Shown here: positions 55,668-64,000 of the stretch, piece by piece
Layout: each line of letters starts with the position of its first letter
How positions within the stretch are numbered: position 1 is the first letter of the stretch
Source of the DNA: Mantamonas sphyraenae STR306
Lineage: Eukaryota > Protista > CRuMs
NCBI GenBank assembly: GCA_026936335.1
Contig: JAPMXV010000022.1
Location: 1-64,000, forward strand
Direction of reading: 5' to 3'
Length of the DNA: 64,000 bases
The notes under the pieces: model-generated
Told to the model about the DNA's origin: nothing
Database searches by the model: none
Seen by the model: only the letters and a program-made list of their open reading frames with translations
Translations under genes and position numbers: made by a program

Positions 55668-56310
55668 ATGTCCTCCTCGTCTTCCAACAACACCGAAGTG
55701 GTGGGCACTGCCGACGAGATCACTGTCTCGGAGGAGGTGCTTGACACCACTCCCGCTGAAGGTGTGTGCGCCTCGCTTTGTTCGCCGTTTCCCTCCCTGC
55801 ACCCTTTACGTTGTGCCACTGCCCCCCCACACGCCTCCTTTGCCTCCTGACCACGTCCCACACCTTTCCACACCCCACACAATCCTGCCAATAGTCACGT
55901 TCCTGGGTGCATGCCAGCGTGGCAACGCAGAGGGGGCCGCAGAGTTGCTCAGCCAGGTCGACGTAAACTACACCGACAAACTCGGCAACACGGGCCTCCA
56001 CTACGCCAGCAAGGGCCACCCGGCCGTCGTCCAGATCCTCCTCGACGCTGGTGCCGACCTCTCTATTCAAAACAGCAACGGCGACACTGCCATCCACAAC
56101 GCCTGCTTTGCCGACGCCGGCGAGTGTGCCGACTTTCTCATCCACGCCGGCGCGTCCCTGGACGTCGCAAACAACCAGGGCAAGCTGCCCAAGGACCTCG
56201 TCAAGAGTGGTCGCGTAGGCGCTCTCATCCAGGCCGCCGAGCTTGCTCAGCAGTATGGCGACGACCTGGACGACGACATGTTCGGCGGCGACGACGACGA
56301 CAGCGACTGA
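55668..56310 (+). CDS. Small ankyrin repeat protein; 1 intron
   Basis: GNTGLHYA, GDTAIHNA, GKLPKDL and an acidic tail. Confidence 0.85.
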
Positions 56311-56467
56311 GAGGGAAAGGCACCCATTTTGGACACCAACAATGAATTGGATCCCAACAATGAACCTTTGTGGCATTGTCCGTCCGCACGGTTGGCCCCT
56401 TTGTGCATGCACAAGAGCGCAGGCGCCCGCGAACACACATTTTCCACCCCAACATCCACCCACAACC

Positions 56468-59400
56468 ATGTTCAAGAAGAAGGGAGGTGGAGGCGACTTT
56501 GTCAACACCATGAAAGCTGCAGGTGTGGATGACATGACCTTGATCTCCAAAGTGAGCGAGAGTGAAATCATCTCCAACCTCAAAAAGCGCTTCAACGTCG
56601 ACATCATCTACGTAGGTGGCAACCCGCGCTTCCCTTGGGCCACCCTTTTGTCCACTTTCAGTTTCGCTCACCGAATCCGGCCGTCCCATGCCCCTCAATT
56701 TCCACGCAGTGCTACATCGGCCACGTGCTCATCTCCGTCAACCCGTTCCGCTTTATCGACGGCATGTACACGGACGACACCATCCGCATGTACAACGGAC
56801 GCAACCGCATGGAAGTGCCACCCCACGTCTACGCCCTCACCGAGGATGCCTACCGCACCATGATCAGCGAGGGCGAGAACCAGTGTGTCATCATCTCCGG
56901 GTTCGTCTTTGCGGATTTTCCCTCTCCCCTCTCGCACCCTTGCGCGGAAAACCCCCCTTTTTTCCGTGTATCGCTGCTCCCTCGCCTTTGCCCTTCTCCT
57001 CCCCGTTCCCAACCACTCGCTTGCTCACACCTTGGCCCTCCATCTTGTTTGCCCACCGCTCTTCCCACAGCGAGAGTGGCGCTGGCAAGACCGAGGTACG
57101 TTGACCCCCGCTTCGCGTCATGTCCATCTTCCACTCTCTCTCTCACACACACAACCTCTCCCCCCTACCCCCCCCCCCACACCTTTCACCTCCCCCCATT
57201 CCCTCTCCCGTCTCGTGGTGCACACAGGCCGCCAAGCAGGTCATGAAGTACATCGCCAAGGTGGCCAGTAGGTTTTGCCTCGCTTAGTTTTCCCAGCCTC
57301 GTCCCACCCCACGACACTCACACCACCCCAACCCACGCGCTGCTGACCATGTACTGTGCAGGCGGCGGAAGCTCGGAGATCGACCAGGTCAAGCAGATCA
57401 TCCTGGAAACCAACCCGCTGCTGGAGGCGTTTGGCAACGCAAAGACTTTGCGCAACAACAACTCGTCCCGCTTCGGCAAGTACTTTGAGATCCAGTTCTC
57501 GTCGTCGGGCGCCCCGCGAGGTGGTACCATCACCAACTACCTGTTGGAAAAGTCCCGTGTGGTCTTTCAGATCCAGGGCGAGCGCAACTTTCACATCTTC
57601 TACCAGCTGTGCAAAGGCTGCTCGCAAGAGGAGCGCGAGGCCTTCCAACTTTACGGCCCGGACAACTACTACTACCTGGCCCAGAGTGGTTGCTACGAAG
57701 TCGCTGGCATTGACGACGTCAAGGAGTTTCAGGACACCAAGCACGCCATGGAGGTCATTGGCATTTCGGCAGAGGACCAGTACTACCTCTTCCAGATGCT
57801 CAGTTCCATCCTCTGGCTGGGCAACATCACCTTTTTCGAGGACGACGAGGGCCATGCACAGGTCCAGGACATGAGCCTCGTCGAGTTTGCGGCCTCTCTG
57901 CTCCAGGTGCCTCCCGAGATTCTCCACAAGGCCCTCATCGAGCGTATCATGCAGACAGGACGCGGAGGACGTGTGGGCACCACCTACCAGGTGCCGCTCA
58001 ACTACGACCAGGCCTGCAACGCGCGCGACGCCATGGCCAAGGCCATCTACGACCGCATCTTCAACTACCTCGTCGCAGAAATCAACAAGAGCCTGAACAA
58101 GCCCGGCGCACAGAACCACATCGGCGTGTTGGACATCTACGGCTTTGAGATCTTTGAGCGCAACGGTTTCGAGCAGTTCTGCATCAACTACGTCAACGAG
58201 AAGCTGCAGCAGATCTTCATCGAACTCACCCTCAAGATGGAGCAGGAGGAGTACGACGACGAGGGAATCCAGTGGGAGCCCATTGACTACTTCAACAACA
58301 AGGTCGTGTGCGACCTGGTGGACGTCAAGAGCCCGCCGGGCATCTTTGCCGTCATGAATGACGTGTGCGCAACTTCGCACGCCCAGAGCGACGACGGCAA
58401 GATGCTGCAGAAGCTGACGCAGATCATTGGCAACCACGCACACTTTGCTCCCAACCAGGAGGGCTTTACAGTGAAGCACTATGCTGGCCCCGTGAACTAC
58501 AGCATCGAAGGCATGACGGAGAAGAACAAGGACACCCTCTTCCGCGATGCCATCGACACAATGCAGAGCTCCAGCAATCGCTTCCTGGTCAATCTGTTCC
58601 CGGAGAAGCTGTCGCTGGACAACCGCAAGCGCCCAACGACAAGCGCCACCAAGATCCGCACCGCGTGCAACAACCTGGTCACCACGCTGATGGCCTGCAC
58701 GCCGCACTACATCCGCTGCATCAAGCCCAACGAGACCAAGAAGCCCAAGGACTGGGACGGGCAACGTGTGGCGCACCAGGTGCGCTACCTGGGTCTGCTG
58801 GAGAACGTGCGTGTGCGACGCGCAGGCTGGTGTTTCCGTCAGCCGTTTGAAAAGTTCCTGCGCCGCTACTGCGTCTGCCTGGACGGCATGCACTACTACG
58901 GCCAGCCCAACTTCAACGGCAGCGCCCAGCAGGGCTGCGAGACACTGCTGCGCGAATTGAACATCGAGCAAAGCGAGTGGCAATCGGGACGCACCAAGAT
59001 GTTCCTGCGCCACCCAGAGACGCTGTTCCAGTTGGAGGAGCTGCGTGAGCGCTTCTTCCACACCATGGCCACCAAGATCCAAAAGTGTTACCGCTCGTGG
59101 AAGTCGCGCAAGTACTTCCTGGACCTGCGTGCCAAGAGCATGGACATCCTGTACAACAAGAAGGAGCGCACGCGCATGAGCATGATCCGTCCGTTTGCAG
59201 GCGACTACCTGGACATGCGTTCCAACTACCTCATGCAGGAGGCCATCGGAGGCGACAAGGCCATGGACGAGGGCGTGCTCTTTTCCGACGAGGGGTTCAC
59301 TGTCGTCCACAAGACGCTGCGCGGCCAGCTCAAGCAACCGCGCAAGTACATCATCACGGGACAGGCCCTGTATGTCATCATGCTCACCAAGGTCAAGGGC

Positions 59401-60351
59401 GTGGTGACAGAGACGTTGGAGCGACGCATCAAGCTCACGGCCATCAAGAACATCCTGCTGTCCCCGTACCAGGACGGTTGGATGATGCTGCAGGTGCCTT
59501 CGGACTATGACGTGGTGCTGGAGTCGGACAAAAAGACGGAAATCCTGACCACGATCTTTGACGTGCTTGGCGAGGGTGCCATCTCGCTGGACTTTGTGGA
59601 GAGCATGACGTACACGCGCAAGAAGAAGGGCAAGACAGGCACGCTGACGTTTGTGCGGGACGACGAGGGAGGCGACGACGTCGGTGTGTTCAAGAAGGGC
59701 ACCATCTCGGTCGCCACCGGCCTTCCCATGGATTCGCGTCCCAAGCAGCGCAGCAACCAAAGCGTCGGCAAGGCCGCCAACGCCTTTGGCGGTGGACGCA
59801 ACATGGGTGCCTTTGGCAAGCAGAAGACCATGATGGCCAGCAACAACTACAACGAGAGCCAGGATCAGGGCTGGGGCGGAGGAAGCAGCAGCGGAGGAGG
59901 TGGTGGCGGAGGTGGTGGTGGCTTTGGCAAACCCGGTGGATTTGGAGGAGGAGGTGGAGGTGGAGGTGGTGGTGGTGGTGGCTTTGGCAAACCCGGTGGA
60001 TTTGGAGGTGGAGGAGGTGGCGGAGGAGGTGGTGGCTTTGGCAAACCTGGTGGATTTGGAGGAGGAGGAGGTGGTGGTGGCGGATTCGGAGGTGGCAACA
60101 GTGGCGGCGGAGGTGGCTTCGGAGGTGGCGGAGTGGGAGGCGGACGTGCACCACCGCCTATTCCGCCGCGTGCGTCGTCTGCGCCGCAGGTGGAGGCGCT
60201 GTATGCGTACCAGGCTGGCAACAACGAAGAGATTTCGTTCAACGTGGGCGACAAGTTTGAGCTGGTCAAGAAGGACGACAGCGGCTGGTGGGAAGGCAAG
60301 ATCAACGGCCAAACAGGCTACTTCCCAGGCAACTACGTCAAGGAGCTGTGA
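56468..60351 (+). CDS. Long-tailed class I myosin (motor, IQ, TH1, Gly-rich TH2, SH3); several 5' introns
   Basis: GVDDMTL; P-loop [11 protein letters not shown] split by an intron; [21 protein letters not shown]; LDIYGFE; [10 protein letters not shown] repeats; SH3 ALYAY...[11 protein letters not shown]. Confidence 0.96.
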
Positions 60352-60445
60352 TTGGATGTGGAAGAATGCATTCATCGATTTCAAGCAGACCCGATCACTC
60401 TGTTCCCATTCTTGCTTCTTCCTCTTCTTCTCCTCCACTCGCCGC

Positions 60446-61489
60446 TCACTGCTTGCCTGCGTTGTCCACCGCGGCGCCAACGATTTTGCGGCGTGCGGTC
60501 TGGTTGGAAGCGACGGCGTTGCCAAGGGCAGCGCTGCCTGTGGCGCCAGTGATGGCCCCAGCCACAGCTCGCTGACCAGCCTCCGAGTCTGCAAACTTGT
60601 TGGTCATGTCTTGCTTGCTGGGTAGGGAGCGGCTGGGAGGTTTCGGAGGAGCTCCTCGGCCTCCGTTCTCGCTGTTGGACGACGAATCCCCTGCGTTGCT
60701 GCTGTATCCTGCACCTGCCTCGTCGTTGTTGTCGCTGCCGACACCGCTACTGTAGCTGCTGCTGAGGCGGTACGAGCTGCCGCCGCCGCCGCCGCCGGAG
60801 GTTGAGTTGGAGCTGCCCATGGTGCTCTTGGCCAAGTCGGCAATGTTGGAAGCTTCGTAGGCGGCACCCTGGTACAGGTTTACGTGGTTCTCCACCACCG
60901 TGCGGAACAGGGGCGTCATAAACTCCACGCGGTAGGCGTGGAAGGAGGCGAGGTCGGCCGAGAGGGCAGCGTTTGCCTCTTCGTACGCCTCCTTGGCCTC
61001 GTACAGCTTGCTCTGCGTGTCGGGCAACTTCTTTGCATCCTTGGGTGGGTTGTCCAGCATCTTGTTCACCTGTCGTGTCAGCGAGTCGACGTCAAGCAGC
61101 ATGCGGTCGCGTTCGTCGATGCGTTTCTGCAACAGCGGGTACTCGGCAAGGTACTCCTCCAGCGGCGTCAACACGGTGTTCAACAGCGACTCGTTGATTC
61201 CGTTGATTCCCTCCTGCATGGATTTCTGGGCTTCGCGGAACTGCGTGGTGGCCTCCGCCTGCACCAGGTTCTCAAAGCCCTCGGCGATGCTCAGTTGCGA
61301 CAACCCAAGGCCCGTCAGCGCACCCTGCAGCTGCTGCACGCTCTTCAGCAGGGCCTTGGACATGGCATGGTCTGTGCTAAACACACTGCGTGCCTCTTCA
61401 AAGTCCTCGTCCACCGTCTTTTCCGCCTTTCCCATCTTCACCAGCACCTTTTGCTTCTGGCGGCTGTACTTCGCCTTCAAGTTGTTCAT
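60446..61489 (-). CDS. N-BAR domain protein (amphiphysin/endophilin-like, no SH3)
   Basis: Amphipathic N-terminus, KMGKAEKTVDEDFEE, KRIDERDRMLLDVD, helical bundle, and an S/G-rich tail with PPKPP. Confidence 0.85.
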   Translation of the reverse strand: MNNLKAKYSRQKQKVLVKMGKAEKTVDEDFEEARSVFSTDHAMSKALLKSVQQLQGALTGLGLSQLSIAEGFENLVQAEATTQFREAQKSMQEGINGINESLLNTVLTPLEEYLAEYPLLQKRIDERDRMLLDVDSLTRQVNKMLDNPPKDAKKLPDTQSKLYEAKEAYEEANAALSADLASFHAYRVEFMTPLFRTVVENHVNLYQGAAYEASNIADLAKSTMGSSNSTSGGGGGGSSYRLSSSYSSGVGSDNNDEAGAGYSSNAGDSSSNSENGGRGAPPKPPSRSLPSKQDMTNKFADSEAGQRAVAGAITGATGSAALGNAVASNQTARRKIVGAAVDNAGKQ

Positions 61490-61610
61490 GGCGATATGGA
61501 ATGATGTGTTGTACCACAGAGAGAGGGTGTGTGGAAGAGAGAAGGATGATTGCTTGGCAGCCATCCCGCCCTGCCCGCTCCCGACCAACCACCGCAAAAC
61601 CGCTCCCACC

Positions 61611-64000
61611 ATGTCGAACAACTCGTGCAGTGCAACCAACTGCGATTGTGGACTGTTCCAGGAACACACGTTTCGCCGCGACGTGTGTGTGATGTGTGGC
61701 CACATGCGCAACCAGCATGACGGCAGCCGACGTGACTCGACCGACGACGAAGAAGACATGCCGCCTCCGCCGCCGCCGCCCCGCATGAGCAGCACCGACT
61801 TTAGCGACGACGACGACGACGACGACGTGCCGCCTCCCCAGCCCGAAGACGACGATGGTGCTGACAACGAGACGACAGGTGCCCTGCCGCAAACCCTGCC
61901 TTCCTTTGGCGGTCTCAGTGCCCTCACGGGTCTGGGCAGCGAACTCAAGGTGACCACCGGCGGAGCCCTGTCGGGCGGCCTTGAAATGCTCTCTGAGCTC
62001 AGTGGACGAGGAAAGACCACCCGCCAGTTTGGCACACAGGACGACCGTGCCCAAGGTGACCACGAGGATGACGACGATGATGATGACATCGAACCGCCCT
62101 CGTTTGAGGCGCCGCAGCTCAACGAGGCCCCGCCGCCTGTGCCTCCGCCTCGCAAACAACAAACACAGGAGGACGACTCCGCAGCCAACACAGAGACTCG
62201 TGACAACGCCAACGACAGTGACCCCAAGGAGCAGAGCCAACCAGCACAAGGAAACACAGGCAAAGGTGAGCTTGCGCCTTGCAGGCGATCCAGACACGAG
62301 AGGGCAAAGGATTCTCCACCCACCATTTTCACTGACACATTCTCCGCACCCACGTTTTTGGGCCGCCTGCACGCACACCCTGACCCGCACACGCCCCACC
62401 TGTCTCTCTCTGTCTGCGTGTGTACGCACAGCCAACGCCCTTGCCAAGATCCAGGCCCAAGGGTTCAACCCGATGATGATGGCACCGTAAGTTTGTTTGG
62501 GAGCAGCACCTACACGAAATTGGAGACACGCCCCCCTCTGGGGCCATGTTTGGCACAGCCACTGACAGCACAGTGTGTTTGCACGTGTATGGGCAACACC
62601 AGAGGGCAAGCCATGCCCAAGAAGAAACCCGCGCAGACACAGGAGTCGCAGGATGCTGAAGCCAAGGAGCAGGAGCCACAGGAGACGACAACGGTGGCAC
62701 AGGACAAAAAGGTGACCAGCGTGCAAAGTGGAGCCAAACCGCGTGTGAACAGCTGGGGGGCGAGCATGGGTGGAGGAGGGGTCAGTTCGAGCAGCAGCGG
62801 GGCAGGAGGAGGAGAGGTGACGCAGGTGGCGCTGGATCAGGTGGAAGGGTTCCAGGGGGGCAACACACGTGTGGTGTCGAATGAGATGCAGATGCTGAGG
62901 GCAGAGATTGCACAGTTGAAGAATGTGTTGCGGGAGGAGGTTGAGCAGCGGCAGGAGATGGCAGACCAGCACCTTGCGTTGATGGAGGTGCTGTTGAGCA
63001 GCAAGGTGATCCGCTACAACGACATGGAGCAGCAAATCGAGGGCAAAAAGACAATCATGCAGGACGACGACTCGCGTGTGCTCAAACGTGGCTTCATGGA
63101 GAAGGAGGGCCAAATGCGCAAGAACTGGAAGAAGCGCTACTTTGTGCTGCAGGGCGACTCGCTGCGCTATTTTGCCACGCGAGGCGACTCCAAACCCAAG
63201 GGCACGCTGGATCTGAGCACAAGCATCCTTCGCAAGACACGCAAGGCCAAGGGCAAAGGGGAGCCCGAACTGGACATGTTTGAGCTGGTCACAGACGGCC
63301 GCAAGCTGTACTTTCTGCCTCCCGAAGCCGAAGCCGAGGCGTGGATGTGTGCCATCCAGAACCGCATCTCGTACCTTCAGTACAAGAAGAAGATGAACCT
63401 GGCCGGGCAGGAGCTGGACCCGCGTGTGGTGGGATTCCTGCAGGATCCGGTGTGCAGCTTTGTGGACTTTGAGGACGACTTTACGCCCGACGCCTGTGTG
63501 GCTATTTCCGTGGCGTTTGAGTTCCACAACACCCTGCGCAGGCTCAACCTGAAGAATGCCCAGATTGGTTCATTGGGTATGCAGGCGCTGGCCGACTCGT
63601 TGGCTCGCAACACCTCCATCGAGGAGCTGTGTCTGGAACGCTGTGCCCTCGAGGAGAGCGACGCCGAGCATGTGGCTCAGATCATTGTCAGCCACCCGAC
63701 GCTGGTCATGCTCAACGTCGATGGCAACGAGTTTGGCACTCGCGGATGCAGTGTCATTTGTGAGTCACTGGGCGAGGCTGACCACGGCTACGTGCGCCTG
63801 TCCATGTCTGCATGCAAGATGGGCGACGCAGCCATTGGTGCACTGACGCAGGCGTTGAACGGACCCAACGCAAAGGGCCTGTCGCAGCTGGTGGTGTCTG
63901 CCAACGAGCTGAGTGACCAGAGCCTGCAGCTGCTCGCCTACTACATGTCCACCTGCAAGACGTTCAACATGAACGAACTCAACGTGTCGGGCAACCGCAT
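61611..64000 (+). CDS. Cys/His finger, acidic/Pro-rich region, coiled coil, PH and RNI-like LRR protein; spliced, runs off the window end
   Basis: N-terminal CSATNCDC..F....FRRDVCVMCGH...H. PH domain KRGFMEKEGQMRKNWKKRYFVL at ~63080-63360. LRRs (LRRLNLKNAQIG, LNVDGNEFG) continue to 64000. Confidence 0.82.
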   Translation, partial: MSNNSCSATNCDCGLFQEHTFRRDVCVMCGHMRNQHDGSRRDSTDDEEDMPPPPPPPRMSSTDFSDDDDDDDVPPPQPEDDDGADNETTGALPQTLPSFGGLSALTGLGSELKVTTGGALSGGLEMLSELSGRGKTTRQFGTQDDRAQGDHEDDDDDDDIEPPSFEAPQLNEAPPPVPPPRKQQTQEDDSAANTETRDNANDSDPKEQSQPAQGNTGKGELAPCRRSRHERAKDSPPTIFTDTFSAPTFLGRLHAHPDPHTPHLSLSVCVCTHSQRPCQDPGPRVQPDDDGTVSLFGSSTYTKLETRPPLGPCLAQPLTAQCVCTCMGNTRGQAMPKKKPAQTQESQDAEAKEQEPQETTTVAQDKKVTSVQSGAKPRVNSWGASMGGGGVSSSSSGAGGGEVTQVALDQVEGFQGGNTRVVSNEMQMLRAEIAQLKNVLREEVEQRQEMADQHLALMEVLLSSKVIRYNDMEQQIEGKKTIMQDDDSRVLKRGFMEKEGQMRKNWKKRYFVLQGDSLRYFATRGDSKPKGTLDLSTSILRKTRKAKGKGEPELDMFELVTDGRKLYFLPPEAEAEAWMCAIQNRISYLQYKKKMNLAGQELDPRVVGFLQDPVCSFVDFEDDFTPDACVAISVAFEFHNTLRRLNLKNAQIGSLGMQALADSLARNTSIEELCLERCALEESDAEHVAQIIVSHPTLVMLNVDGNEFGTRGCSVICESLGEADHGYVRLSMSACKMGDAAIGALTQALNGPNAKGLSQLVVSANELSDQSLQLLAYYMSTCKTFNMNELNVSGNR

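Noticed and set aside
57241-63527. Long minus-strand ORFs (57241-60594, 61398-63527 and the upstream part of 60446-62392)
   Set aside because: They are antisense shadows of GC-rich, codon-biased genes (myosin, PH-LRR) and show no domain motifs.
1-64000. Genome-wide reassignment of TGA (alternative genetic code)
   Set aside because: Conserved genes end at TGA exactly where expected (myosin SH3, UBE2S, NOSIP), and the tRNA-Cys has a normal GCA anticodon.

Overview
This is the left end of a chromosome from a compact, GC-rich, intron-containing eukaryotic genome. It is probably a flagellated protist, inferred from TTAGGG telomeres, a CFAP161-like axonemal gene, a long-tailed myosin I and a Roco gene. 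The window opens with (CCCTAA)n and then holds about 30 tightly packed genes plus a tRNA-Cys. The top finding is at 14.3-16.0 kb on the minus strand. An AhpD/CMD-family gene, split in two by the ORF caller, has an in-frame TGA exactly at the second position of the CxxC motif (NNCQF-U-TGAH). A well-formed type II SECIS with a non-canonical AGGA core lies just after its stop codon, so this is a candidate eukaryotic AhpD-like selenoprotein. Three tandem CX9C (CHCH) mini-genes follow in operon-like packing: one ATGA stop/start overlap, and a first exon apparently inside the SECIS. Other notable features: a near-perfect 2.6-kb inverted duplication of an RPL19-RPS18 pair enclosing two divergent K+ channel paralogs and UBE2S; a telomere-adjacent orphan with four copies of an unrecognised domain; a kinase-less ANK-LRR-ROC-COR protein; a CFAP161-calcyphosin fusion; a WW-TMC-like channel; and a giant tail-anchored coiled coil with a higher-order repeat. 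All calls come from reading motifs by eye; no searches were run.
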